Source: Thermoplasmata archaeon
Lineage (GTDB): Archaea > Thermoplasmatota > Thermoplasmata > UBA10834
Assembly: GCA_041554135.1 (NCBI GenBank)
Contig: JBFFML010000001.1
Coordinates: 95,459-159,458 of the forward strand
Length of the DNA stretch: 64,000 nt
Reading direction: 5' to 3'
Shown here: in pieces, positions 54,358 through 63,575 of the stretch
Layout of the letters: the number at the start of each line of letters is the position of its first letter
Position numbering within the stretch: position 1 is the stretch's first letter
The notes under the pieces: model-generated
Databases searched by the model: none
What the model saw: only the letters and a program-made list of their open reading frames with translations
What the model was told of the DNA's origin: nothing
Program-made: the position numbers and the translations under genes

Positions 54358-55323
54358 ATGCAGACCATCTGGGTTGAGAAATACAGGCCGCGCAAGCTGT
54401 CCGAGGTGATAGGCCAGAAGGCGATCGTGGAGCGGCTCGAGTCGTATGTGAGGACGCGCAGCATGCCCCACATGCTCTTCGCCGGCCCCGCTGGCTCAGG
54501 CAAGACAACCTGCGCCATGGCCTTGGCCAGGGAGATGTACGGTGACGGTTGGCGCGAGAGTCTCATAGAGCTCAACGCCTCGGACGAGCGCGGGATAGAT
54601 GTCGTGCGGGGGAAGGTGAAGGACTTCGCCAGGGCCGCGTCGATAGGCGAGGGCGACTTCAAGATCATCTTCCTCGACGAGGCCGACTCGCTGACGAGCG
54701 ACGCGCAGGCGGCGCTCAGGAGGACCATGGAGCGCTACACCGCCACATGCCGTTTCGTCCTCTCGTGCAACTACTCATCGAAGATAATCGAGCCGATCCA
54801 GTCCAGGTGCGCCGTGTTCAGGTTCAAGCCATTGACGGAGGCGGATGTGAAGGAGTACCTCTCGTCGATCGCGTCGCACGAGGGCATAGACCTGAAGGCG
54901 GACGGGCTTGACGCTATATGCTCCATCGCCGTCGGCGACCTGAGGAAGGCGACGAACATGCTCCAGGTCGCGGCGTCGACGTCCAAGGCGGTCGATCAGG
55001 ACACCGTGTACGAGTCGACCGAGAGCATCCGCCCGTCGGAGGTCAACGACCTGCTCAAGATAGCGTTGAAGGGCAACTTCAGCGGGGCGCGGTCGAAGCT
55101 GGACGACCTCATCGTGCGCCACGGGCTGTCCGGCGAGGACATCGTCCAGGCGATACACAGGGCCGTCTTCGACCTGCCAGTGGACGAAGATGTCAAGATA
55201 AGGCTCGTGGACAGGGTCGGCGAGGCAGAGTTCAGGATCGTGTCGGGCTCGAGCGACCGCATACAGCTGGAGGCGCTGCTAGCCCATTTCGCGAACGAGG
55301 GCAGCCGCTCTGGTCGACGCTGA
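54358..55323 (+). CDS. rfcS: Replication factor C small subunit
   Basis: WVEKYRPRKLSEVIGQ...MPHMLFAGPAGSGKTT...IIFLDEADSLT...RFVLSCNYSSKIIEPIQSRC (SRC motif). No intein. Confidence 0.95.
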   Translation: MQTIWVEKYRPRKLSEVIGQKAIVERLESYVRTRSMPHMLFAGPAGSGKTTCAMALAREMYGDGWRESLIELNASDERGIDVVRGKVKDFARAASIGEGDFKIIFLDEADSLTSDAQAALRRTMERYTATCRFVLSCNYSSKIIEPIQSRCAVFRFKPLTEADVKEYLSSIASHEGIDLKADGLDAICSIAVGDLRKATNMLQVAASTSKAVDQDTVYESTESIRPSEVNDLLKIALKGNFSGARSKLDDLIVRHGLSGEDIVQAIHRAVFDLPVDEDVKIRLVDRVGEAEFRIVSGSSDRIQLEALLAHFANEGSRSGRR

Positions 55324-55401
55324 CGCCATCGCCCGACGGCGTCGCCGCGGCTGCACAAGGTTAATATACAGTCACCATCTTTGAGGCGCCAGAGGTCCCT
55401 T

Positions 55402-55551
55402 ATGGCTAGATTCCCCGAGGCTGAGGCGAGAAACCTGGTGAAGAAGATATGCATGAACTGCTACGCTCGCAACGCCATAAAGGCCACGAGATGCAGGAAG
55501 TGCGGCTACAAGGGCCTGCGACTCAAGTCGAGAGAGACCAAGAAGGCATGA
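55402..55551 (+). CDS. rpl40e: 50S ribosomal protein L40e
   Basis: Below the track's size cut-off. My translation is [49 protein letters not shown] (49 aa), with the C-x2-C...C-x2-C zinc ribbon typical of L40e. Confidence 0.85.
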   Translation: MARFPEAEARNLVKKICMNCYARNAIKATRCRKCGYKGLRLKSRETKKA

Positions 55552-55666
55552 GCGGCCGGTCGTGTGGCCCGGTCGCCCGCGAATCGATTTTCCCGAATCG
55601 CCTGGATCGTCAACTATGCGGACCGTCCAGCGTGATGGCCGTCGTGAGAGAGAAAAAGAAAAAGTA

Positions 55667-55684
55667 GGTGGAGGGGACTCCACC
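55667..55684 (+). terminator. Hairpin GGTGGAG-ggga-CTCCACC downstream of rpl40e, followed by a T5 tract at 55723-55727
   Basis: Read directly. It is preceded by a purine-rich tract, GAGAGAGAAAAAGAAAAAG. Confidence 0.3.
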
Positions 55685-55893
55685 GCAGTTGGGCATCACC
55701 CTTTGGTAACACATCTCCTCCGTTTTTGCGAAAAAGAGCTGTGTGCCAAATTCGCAGACGAGGATTCGTATTTATGATTATAACACTTCTGTCGCCATCG
55801 TCTGGCTGTTTTCATTTTTGCGCGCGTATCGGGGACTAGTATGGCATAAATGAAACTGCAATGTTTTTATTTTAATTTTGCCTATACCCCCGC

Positions 55894-56946
55894 ATGTGGA
55901 AGTTCCTTCCCAACGAGAAGCTTGTCATAATGTCCCTCGTGGAGGACGCGACGAGGACGGACGCGCAGATCGCCGAACTGAACGGCATGAACCCAGGCAC
56001 CGTCGCGACAGTGCGGAGGCGTTTGCTCGATGCGGGGGCTTTGTTCTTCGTCAACATCCCGTGCTTCAACAAGCTCGGGTGCGAGATGATCGCGTTCCAC
56101 GAGGGGACGCTGGACCCGGCAGTGCCCTTCGACGCCAAGTCCGCGGACTACATGAATTTCTGCTTGTCCTCCCCTCAGACATTCGACGCCATAATCGGGA
56201 TGAAGTCGATCATATTCTACAGCGTCCTCAGGAACGCGACGGAGCTCGAGGCATACATGGCCCATCACAACCGCTTCTTCTCAGGTGGCAACCGGGCCTC
56301 GAGGGCGAAGGTCACGACAGTGACGTTCCCGTACGCGGCGACGAGGGGGACATACTCGCTCAATTACGCCCCCATCGTCCATCGGTTCCTTCAGCTTGAG
56401 GGCCGCGAGCCGAAGGCCCGCGAGCCCGAGTCCGTCGACGTGACTTCTCTTGACCTCAGCGAGAACGAGAGGAAGGTCCTGATGGCCATAGTGGAGAGCC
56501 CGACCGAGCCCGACAGGGCGACCGCGGCAAGGATAGGCATCTCGCGGCAATCGGTGACGCGGATCAGGAGCAAACTGGAGGAGGAGGAGTACTTCAGGCA
56601 CGTGTGCGTGCCAAGGCTATACAGGTGGGGCTTCGAGATATACTCCGTGATCCACGTGTTCTTCTCGTCCGACTTCGCGTACGGCGACAGGGCCGAGCGG
56701 GAGCCGAGGGAGCCAATCGAGTACTCCTTCTTCTCGCTGATCAAGGCCAACGAAGCCGTCGCGAACCACATGATATCCACGTTCCAGGATTACAGCAGAG
56801 GCCTGGACGAGGGGCTTGCGTGGTACCACAAGCACAAGGCCTTCGAGGCGGACCCCGCGATCACGATGCTCTCGCTCGAGCACTGCATAGAGCTCAGGAC
56901 CCACGACTTCGCCCCGGCTCTGAGGCACTTGCTGGACGGCAGCTGA
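55894..56946 (+). CDS. Putative transcriptional regulator made of two tandem winged-HTH + effector-like modules
   Basis: Internal duplication seen by eye. Module 1 is NEKLVIMSLVEDATRTDAQIAELNGMNPGTVATVRRRLLDAGALFFVNIP. Module 2 is NERKVLMAIVESPTEPDRATAARIGISRQSVTRIRSKLEEEEYFRHVCVP. Confidence 0.55.
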   Translation: MWKFLPNEKLVIMSLVEDATRTDAQIAELNGMNPGTVATVRRRLLDAGALFFVNIPCFNKLGCEMIAFHEGTLDPAVPFDAKSADYMNFCLSSPQTFDAIIGMKSIIFYSVLRNATELEAYMAHHNRFFSGGNRASRAKVTTVTFPYAATRGTYSLNYAPIVHRFLQLEGREPKAREPESVDVTSLDLSENERKVLMAIVESPTEPDRATAARIGISRQSVTRIRSKLEEEEYFRHVCVPRLYRWGFEIYSVIHVFFSSDFAYGDRAEREPREPIEYSFFSLIKANEAVANHMISTFQDYSRGLDEGLAWYHKHKAFEADPAITMLSLEHCIELRTHDFAPALRHLLDGS

Positions 56947-57008
56947 CCCTCTCGCTTGTCCCGCACAGAGGAACTGGTAAATAACCTCCCGACCAATACT
57001 CCGGAGCG

Positions 57009-57461
57009 GTGGTACGGATGGACGTAACGCCTCAGATGACCAGTAAGTGGGTGAAGGCGGCCTTCCTGATCCTTCTCGGCTTGGTGCTCCTCGTCTACTC
57101 AGGGGGGCTCGTCGACGATTTCGAGCGCAACTCCTCCGAGGAGTTCAACCTGTCCTTCGAGTGGACCTGGGAGCTCGTGCGCATATTGCTGTGGATACTA
57201 ATCGCGTGGCTCTTCGTCGACGCCGTGCTGATAATCGCGCTGAGCTTCAAAGCCGACCTGTATACCCTGAACGACGCGATGGTGCGGCTGAACGCCATCG
57301 AGAAGAAGGTGGACTCTTTGCGCCAGAGGACTCCGGCGAAGCGAGTCGTCGTCGAGTCGCCCCCCGTGTCCGACATGGATTTCTCCGAGGGCACCATCGA
57401 TCAGGGAGCCCCCGAGTTCCAGGAACCGGAGAGCGACGAGCCCCCACCGCCCGTAGAGTGA
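57009..57461 (+). CDS. Hypothetical 2-TM membrane protein with acidic/Pro-rich tail
   Basis: TM segments are AAFLILLGLVLLVY and VRILLWILIAWLFVDAVLIIALSF, followed by a coiled-coil-like LNDAMVRLNAIEKKVDSL. The start is GTG 57009 or ATG 57018. Confidence 0.45.
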   Translation: MVRMDVTPQMTSKWVKAAFLILLGLVLLVYSGGLVDDFERNSSEEFNLSFEWTWELVRILLWILIAWLFVDAVLIIALSFKADLYTLNDAMVRLNAIEKKVDSLRQRTPAKRVVVESPPVSDMDFSEGTIDQGAPEFQEPESDEPPPPVE

Positions 57462-57478
57462 TGCGGGGCGGACGGCCC

Positions 57479-59794
57479 TCACTTCGCGTTCTTCCCAGCC
57501 TCGTCCAGCTTCTGCTGCCGCTTCGGGCAGTCCATGTTGATGCACAGCACCCAAGGCGCCTTCCTCCGCGCCTGCCAGACCTTGATGATCGGGGCTCCGC
57601 AAGCGTCGCAGGCCTCGTTCGTGGGGACGATCCTGCCGTTCTGAGGCAACGGGTACATCCTCTTGCATTCCGGGTACCTCGTGCATCCCGCGAAGCGCTT
57701 CCCCTTCCTGGACTGGATGGCGATCATGTCGCCGCCACAGTCGGGGCACTTGCCGACGAGCTTCTGCTTCTTCGCGCCGTCGCACTTGGGATCGATGCAC
57801 AGGACGACGGGCGGCTGCCCCTTCGAGACCGTCTTTATCTTGGGGGCGCCACAGACCTCGCATGTCGACTCGGCCGCGAGGACGAGCAGGCCTCTGGGAA
57901 GGGGATACGTGTTCCTGCACTCCGGATAGCTCGAGCATCCGGCGAACGTGTCTCCGCCCTTGCCCCGTATCTCGACGATCTCCCCGGAGGCGCACTTGGG
58001 GCACTTGCCGAGCGAGCGTTGTTTCTTGAGCGCGTTCCTGATCTCGTCGCCGATTCCCTTCCTGTTCCTCTCAAGGGCGTCGATGATGTCCACTAGCATC
58101 GCCTGGCTCTCCTCGAGCACGTCGGGCTGCTCCCGCTCGCCCTTCGCTATGAGGTCCATCTCGAGCTCGAGGTGGGCGGTCATCTTCGCGTCCGTTATCT
58201 TGTACTCGTCATGCAGCCTCGCGTGGTCCTCGAGGGCGGAGATGACGGCCACGCCGCTCTCCGTCGGCTCTATCCGCTGGCCCTTCACGAAACGTCTGTC
58301 GAACAGTTTCTGCAACGCCTCGTGCCTCGTGCTCTTCGTGCCAATGCCGATCTTCTCCATCTCCTGGATCAGCGTGCCTTGGGAGAATCGGTTGGGAGGC
58401 TGTGTCTTCTTCTCCGTGGAGCTCACTCGCAACACCTCCACGGAATCGCCGGGCCTGAGCTCCGGCAGGGAGACCTCGTTCACTCTGAAGTACGGGTAGT
58501 ATTCCCTCCACCCTGGCGACACGATCTCATAACCCTCGCTCACGAACGGCTCGTCCCCTATGCCCACTTCCACGCGGGTCTTCTTGGATTTGCATGGCGG
58601 GGCCAACGTCGCGAGGAATCGTCTCGTCACCAGCTCGTAGACCGTCCATCTGCCACCCTTCAGCTCGCTCTTCGTTGCGCCTTCGACGGGATGGATCGGA
58701 GGGTGGTCGGTCGTGCTGGACTTGCCTCGCGAGGGCCGTATCTGGTCCTGCGCGAGGATCGCCTCGGCCTCCTTGGAGAACTCCGAGCGCCTCAGCTTCT
58801 CCAGGATGACCTTCAGACTCAGGGACGGAGGGTACACGGTGTTGTCCGTCCTGGGATATGATATGTAACCGTTGGTGTACAGGTCTTCGGCTATCTTCAT
58901 CGCCTGCGCTGCCGAGAGGCCTCTCTTGGTCGCCTCCGCGAGGAATATGGTCGTGTTGAACGGGGCGGGCGGGTATTCCGTGTTGTCCTTCTCGTCGACG
59001 GACCCCACGATCCCCTCCTTGGCACGCTTGGCCCTCGAGACGGCGCCCCTCGCCTCCTCCTTGTTGTCGAACTTGCCGTTCGTGTGGGACGCCTTGAACT
59101 CGGTTCCCTTGCGCAGGTCGGCGCCGACGATCCAGTATAGGGTGGGCTCGAACTCCCGTATCTCCTTCTCGCGGGCGACGATCAGCGCGAGCGTCGGCGT
59201 CTGCACCCTCCCGACGGACAGGAAGTCACTGCCCATCTGCCCAGATGCAAGCGACATGAAGCGCGTAAGCGACGCGCCCCAAGCCAGGTCGATGTACTGC
59301 CTCGTCTCGGCGGCCGTCGCGAGCTTGTAGTCGACATCCACGAGGTTGGCGAAGGCCCTCTCGATCTCCGCCTTGGTGAGCGCGCTGAACCGCGCCCTCC
59401 TCACCGGAGGCTTCGTCTCTATGTGCTCGAGCGCCTCGACACCTATCAGCTCGCCCTCTCGGTCGTAGTCGGTCGCGATTATGATCTCGTCCGAGCTGGT
59501 GATGATCGTCTCGAGGGCCCTCATCAGCTTCTTCGCGGAAGGCGTGACGGCCTTGACTGGTTCCACGTCGATGAGCTTCCTCGGCGGCGTCCTCTCCCAG
59601 TCGTTGAACTCGTCTGGATAGTCGAGCTCGATGATGTGGCCTCTTAGCCCGACGACATCGTACTCGTCCGAGTTCTTGGTAAAATGCAGCACCGAGGTAC
59701 CGGCGACGCTCCGCCTCTTGTAGGTCCCGTCGGAGAGGATGAGGGCGATCCTCTGCGCGGCATGGCTCTTCTCACATATGATGAGCCGACGCAT
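57479..59794 (-). CDS. topA: DNA topoisomerase I (type IA) with C-terminal zinc-ribbon repeats
   Basis: Toprim domain MRRLIICEKSHAA...IIATDYDREGE. GYISYPRTDN carries the catalytic Tyr. Four C-terminal C-x2-C...C-x2-C fingers (e.g. GKCPKCASGEIV and GKCPDCGGDMIA). Confidence 0.95.
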   Translation of the reverse strand: MRRLIICEKSHAAQRIALILSDGTYKRRSVAGTSVLHFTKNSDEYDVVGLRGHIIELDYPDEFNDWERTPPRKLIDVEPVKAVTPSAKKLMRALETIITSSDEIIIATDYDREGELIGVEALEHIETKPPVRRARFSALTKAEIERAFANLVDVDYKLATAAETRQYIDLAWGASLTRFMSLASGQMGSDFLSVGRVQTPTLALIVAREKEIREFEPTLYWIVGADLRKGTEFKASHTNGKFDNKEEARGAVSRAKRAKEGIVGSVDEKDNTEYPPAPFNTTIFLAEATKRGLSAAQAMKIAEDLYTNGYISYPRTDNTVYPPSLSLKVILEKLRRSEFSKEAEAILAQDQIRPSRGKSSTTDHPPIHPVEGATKSELKGGRWTVYELVTRRFLATLAPPCKSKKTRVEVGIGDEPFVSEGYEIVSPGWREYYPYFRVNEVSLPELRPGDSVEVLRVSSTEKKTQPPNRFSQGTLIQEMEKIGIGTKSTRHEALQKLFDRRFVKGQRIEPTESGVAVISALEDHARLHDEYKITDAKMTAHLELEMDLIAKGEREQPDVLEESQAMLVDIIDALERNRKGIGDEIRNALKKQRSLGKCPKCASGEIVEIRGKGGDTFAGCSSYPECRNTYPLPRGLLVLAAESTCEVCGAPKIKTVSKGQPPVVLCIDPKCDGAKKQKLVGKCPDCGGDMIAIQSRKGKRFAGCTRYPECKRMYPLPQNGRIVPTNEACDACGAPIIKVWQARRKAPWVLCINMDCPKRQQKLDEAGKNAK

Positions 59795-59816
59795 CTCTGG
59801 CAGGATGATTGGGGGC

Positions 59817-59824
59817 TTATATAA
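59817..59824 (-). promoter_or_regulatory. TATA box TTATATAA for topA (leaderless spacing)
   Basis: Lies 23-30 nt upstream of ATG 59794, in an otherwise GC-rich spacer. Confidence 0.45.
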
Positions 59825-59892
59825 CTGTGATGTAGGGCATCGTCGTCTTTCGGAGAGGCGTTCAAGAGCCGTGTCCAGCTACCGGCCCCGCC

Positions 59893-61197
59893 TCACCAGC
59901 GCCGTCTCCTGAGGTCGAGTAGCTCGCTTCGCCGGCGCCCGAGCCCGAGCAGCTCGACGGCGACGCCGGTCTCCTTCTCCACGAACCTGACGTAGTCTCT
60001 CATGGTCTTCGGCAGACGCGAGAAACCACCCTTCAGGACCTTGTCCAGCCTCGACGGTTCGAGGTCGTCCCATCCGTCGAACGATCGGTACACGGGCTCG
60101 ACTCTGCCGAGGGTCTTCATGTCGTGCGGGAACCCGCGTATCCTCTTCCCGTCGAGCCTGTAGTGAGTGCACACCCTGAGCTTGTCGAAGCCTCCGAGCA
60201 CATCTATCTTCGTCAGGGCGAGCCCGGTGAACCCGTTCAGCGAGTGCGAGTATCGCAGCACGGCCAGGTCGAGCCAGCCGCAGCGTCTGCTTCGCCCCGT
60301 GGTCGTCCCGAACTCCCCGCCCTTGTCGGCGATACGCCTCTTCGTCTCGTCGTGCAGCTCGGTCGGGAACGGCCCCTCGCCCACGCGCGTCGTGTACGCC
60401 TTGACGACGCCATAGATCATCTGGAGCGACGTCGGGGGCACGCCCGCCCCCCCGGCGGCGTTCGCGCTGACCGTCGTCGATGACGTGACGAACGGGTATG
60501 TGCCGTGGTCTATGTCGAGCATCGTCCCCTGCGCACCCTCGAAGAGTATCTTCTTCCGCTTGGAGAGGGCGTCGTTCAGGAGGACGCCGGTGTCGGTCAC
60601 GAACGGCTGCAGCGCCCGCCCGTATCCGGCGTATTCCTTGAACGCCTTTTTCCGGTCAACCCTGTCCTCGCTCCCTAACGCTCCTAGCACTTTATTCTTA
60701 AGAGGTACCAGGAAGTCCATCTTCTCCTTGAGGGCCTTCTCGTCGACCAGCTCGCCCATGCGGACGCCCAGGCGCGCGACCTTGTCGGAGTAGGCGGGGC
60801 CTATGCCTCTCCCCGTGGTGCCGACCTTCGCACCTTTCCTGAGGCGTTCCTCGGCGCCGTCGAGGAGCCTGTGGTACGGCATGATTGCGTGCGCCCTGTC
60901 GCTTATCCTCAGGTTGCTGACGCTCTTGCCGCGCGCGCGAAGGTCGTCGATCTCCGCCAAGAGAACCCCTGGGTCGATGACGACGCCGTTCCCGATGACC
61001 GCGAGCTTCCCAGGGCGGAGGATGCCAGATGGGAGATGGTGTAATTTGTACAGCTCCTCGCCGACCTTGACGCTGTGGCCCGCGTTGTTGCCACCCTGGA
61101 ATCGCACAACCACATGAGCCTCCTCCGCAAGGTAGTCGACGATCTTTCCCTTTCCCTCGTCGCCCCACTGCGAGCCTACGACGGTCAATGTCGGCAT
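59893..61197 (-). CDS. purA: Adenylosuccinate synthetase
   Basis: From ATG 61197: MPTLTVVGSQWGDEGKGKIVDYL...GGNNAGH...GTTGRGIGPAY...TTGRSRRCGW. Confidence 0.95.
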   Translation of the reverse strand: MPTLTVVGSQWGDEGKGKIVDYLAEEAHVVVRFQGGNNAGHSVKVGEELYKLHHLPSGILRPGKLAVIGNGVVIDPGVLLAEIDDLRARGKSVSNLRISDRAHAIMPYHRLLDGAEERLRKGAKVGTTGRGIGPAYSDKVARLGVRMGELVDEKALKEKMDFLVPLKNKVLGALGSEDRVDRKKAFKEYAGYGRALQPFVTDTGVLLNDALSKRKKILFEGAQGTMLDIDHGTYPFVTSSTTVSANAAGGAGVPPTSLQMIYGVVKAYTTRVGEGPFPTELHDETKRRIADKGGEFGTTTGRSRRCGWLDLAVLRYSHSLNGFTGLALTKIDVLGGFDKLRVCTHYRLDGKRIRGFPHDMKTLGRVEPVYRSFDGWDDLEPSRLDKVLKGGFSRLPKTMRDYVRFVEKETGVAVELLGLGRRRSELLDLRRRRW

Positions 61198-61257
61198 GTT
61201 CTCGCCTGAGTCATTGCCAGTTGCCGTATTAAAGGTTCTCAATTCCGCGGATGAGGC

Positions 61258-62379
61258 TCAGCTCTTGGCTATCTCGGAGAACAACCGGACCAGCTCCTCG
61301 GCCTCCAGGTCCGTCTTGATGCCTTTCGGGCTGAAGTGCGTGGCCGTCGCCGTCGCCCCGTGCTCGGTCAACCCCTCTATGAGCGCCATCATGCGAGGCG
61401 GCTGACGTTTCGTGCGACGCGCAAGCTCGTCGACGTCGTAGAAGAGTCCTGGCGCGGCCACCTCCTGCCTCCAGAGGTCCAGCATCCTGGAGCAGCGGCG
61501 GCTGGTGCCGAGCGATTCCTCAGGGGACATCGCGTTCAACGTCTGCTCGGAGTGGAGGTTCCCGGTCCACAGCGGTCCAGCGAAATCAACGGACGGTGCG
61601 GGGTGCTCGTCCACGAGCGCCCTAATGAGCGTCGCCCTGTCCGCGACGGCGTATCCGATGTTCTCCAGGGCCTCATCGGCCCTTCTGGCGCCGTTCCTGA
61701 CCCTGAGATGGCATCTGTAGTAATGGTCCGCGTGGAAGCACAGGACCGGTTCGGCGCACCTGTCGTGCTTCGCCGCCGTCCTGACGATGTGGCCCATGAG
61801 TATGCGCAGAGCCGTCTCGTGGGAGAAGGTGCTGCGCATGGACCTGGCGCCGTATCTGCGGAGACAGGTCTTGGGATACGAGCCGGCCAGGGGTGCGGTG
61901 TCGGTCGCGGTGATGGCGACCATCCCGCCGTCGTCGCAGCTCTGCAACGCGGCGTCGATGAAGTCGATCGGCGTGCCGAAAGGGTCGACGTCGATGTATG
62001 TGAACCGTGCGTCGGCCAACAGTGCGCGAAGGTCCCTGCAGGACACTGCGACGTCGGGTAGGTCGTTCATCGCCGCATTTGCCAGCATGAGCTCGCACGC
62101 CTGCTCCGAGCGATCGTTGAGGTGGAACCGCGCCTCGGATGCGCACTCCTTGGCCATCCTGAGTCCGCGGACGCCGGAGGCCGCGAGCCCGTCCAACACG
62201 TGGTCGTCGCTGTCGAACGCGACCTTTCCGAGCATGACCGACACGTCACGGCTGAACTCCATCTGTCGGTTGTAGAACACTTCGCGGGTGGCCTTCCCTG
62301 GGCCCTTGCTGCAGAAGCCAGAGGGCACCATCAGTTCCGTGGCGCCCTCGCGGACCCTGACCAGTCCATGCGTCTTCAC
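61258..62379 (-). CDS. trm1: tRNA (guanine26-N2)-dimethyltransferase Trm1
   Basis: VFYNRQMEFSRDVSV...VLDGLAASGVRGLR...IDVDPFGTP..FIDAAL...ITATDTAPL. GTG start in a GTGA overlap with the upstream gene's stop. Confidence 0.88.
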   Translation of the reverse strand: MKTHGLVRVREGATELMVPSGFCSKGPGKATREVFYNRQMEFSRDVSVMLGKVAFDSDDHVLDGLAASGVRGLRMAKECASEARFHLNDRSEQACELMLANAAMNDLPDVAVSCRDLRALLADARFTYIDVDPFGTPIDFIDAALQSCDDGGMVAITATDTAPLAGSYPKTCLRRYGARSMRSTFSHETALRILMGHIVRTAAKHDRCAEPVLCFHADHYYRCHLRVRNGARRADEALENIGYAVADRATLIRALVDEHPAPSVDFAGPLWTGNLHSEQTLNAMSPEESLGTSRRCSRMLDLWRQEVAAPGLFYDVDELARRTKRQPPRMMALIEGLTEHGATATATHFSPKGIKTDLEAEELVRLFSEIAKS

Positions 62380-62924
62380 AGGTACTCGCCCTTCATGAGT
62401 CTCATTATCTTGTATGGCAGGAGGTTCCTGTTTATCGGTGTAACCTCGAGTATGCGGACATCGTCCCTCCTGCGTATGTCCTGGAGCAGCGGGTTCCTGG
62501 ACTTCTTGTGGAGGGTGAGGATCATCGGTTTGCTCACGTCCATGGCGTCCTTGACGGCCTTCACGAACTTCTCCGACTCGACCTCCATCTTGCCAACCTC
62601 GTCTATGACGATGACGTCCGCGTTGGCGCTCGCGTCCTCGAGCGCGCTGACGCCGACCGTGTCGAGCGACTCAAGGTTCACACCGTACTTGCCGACGTAG
62701 AACTTCGACTCGGTGTCGATGTGTGCGAACACGGCCTTCTTCTTCGTACGCCAGTCCATGACGTAGAAGCCCACTCTTTTGCCGCTCTCGATTATGGGCT
62801 CCGTGATCATGCCACCGACCACGAGCCCCTCGTCCTCGAGCATCTCTATGACCTTGACGAGCGCCTGGGTCTTCCCAGCTCCGGGAAGCCCGGTGATCCC
62901 TACCTTTATCCCCCTGGCTATCAT
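62376..62924 (-). CDS. Nucleoside-triphosphatase THEP1 family (MJ1559-like P-loop NTPase)
   Basis: IKVGITGLPGAGKTQALVKV (Walker A)...VIVIDEVGKME (Walker B). Confidence 0.8.
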   Translation of the reverse strand: MIARGIKVGITGLPGAGKTQALVKVIEMLEDEGLVVGGMITEPIIESGKRVGFYVMDWRTKKKAVFAHIDTESKFYVGKYGVNLESLDTVGVSALEDASANADVIVIDEVGKMEVESEKFVKAVKDAMDVSKPMILTLHKKSRNPLLQDIRRRDDVRILEVTPINRNLLPYKIMRLMKGEYL

Positions 62925-63041
62925 CTCACCCCGTGGCTGAAACGCTGGCTATGATATGGATTTTCAAATATATAATGAATTGCATAAATCTAAATCCCCC
63001 GTCGCAAGACCCGTCGTCCGCCTCCCTCTCCGCCTGACAGG

Positions 63042-63428
63042 TCATCCCCTGTCCATCCTCGTTATGAACATGAGCGGGTAGTTCATCTCCTCGACGAACT
63101 CCATGCGCGCTTCGACCCTCCCGCTCTTGTACTTCACGACGAGGTCCACGTCCAGCATGTCGCCCGTCAGCGAGACGTAGTCGAACTCGCCCCGCTTGTT
63201 CTTCAGCTTCGTCCTGTCGATCCTTACCCGCACGCTCTCCACGAACGGCTGGGTCTTGCACCCCTCTTCGATCGCGCGCTCGAGTATCTCCACGTTGTCG
63301 GCGCTGACTGGTATGCCGACGAACTGGTGGTAGATGGTGCCCATCTTGATGCCTGCCTCGAATGCTGCTCGCTCGGAATCGCTACAATCGAAGTGCCTGT
63401 TCGCCTCCTCCTCTCTTGAATCGCTCAT
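63042..63428 (-). CDS. mptD: Archaeal dihydroneopterin aldolase, MptD family
   Basis: ERAAFEAGIKMGTIYHQFVGIPVS is the signature I associate with the MptD/DUF381 family. The size (128 aa) fits. Recognition is from memory only. Confidence 0.6.
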   Translation of the reverse strand: MSDSREEEANRHFDCSDSERAAFEAGIKMGTIYHQFVGIPVSADNVEILERAIEEGCKTQPFVESVRVRIDRTKLKNKRGEFDYVSLTGDMLDVDLVVKYKSGRVEARMEFVEEMNYPLMFITRMDRG

Positions 63429-63575
63429 CCGCGAGAGCTCCTCTTCGACCCCGACAGAATCTGAGCCAGGACCTTGCGGAGGCGGTACGTGAGGTCGCCG
63501 TATTTAATGTTTGGTCGTCAACCGCCCAGGTATCCCAGCGGCTCCCTCGTCCGCGTCGTCAGTCGGCGGCTCCGG

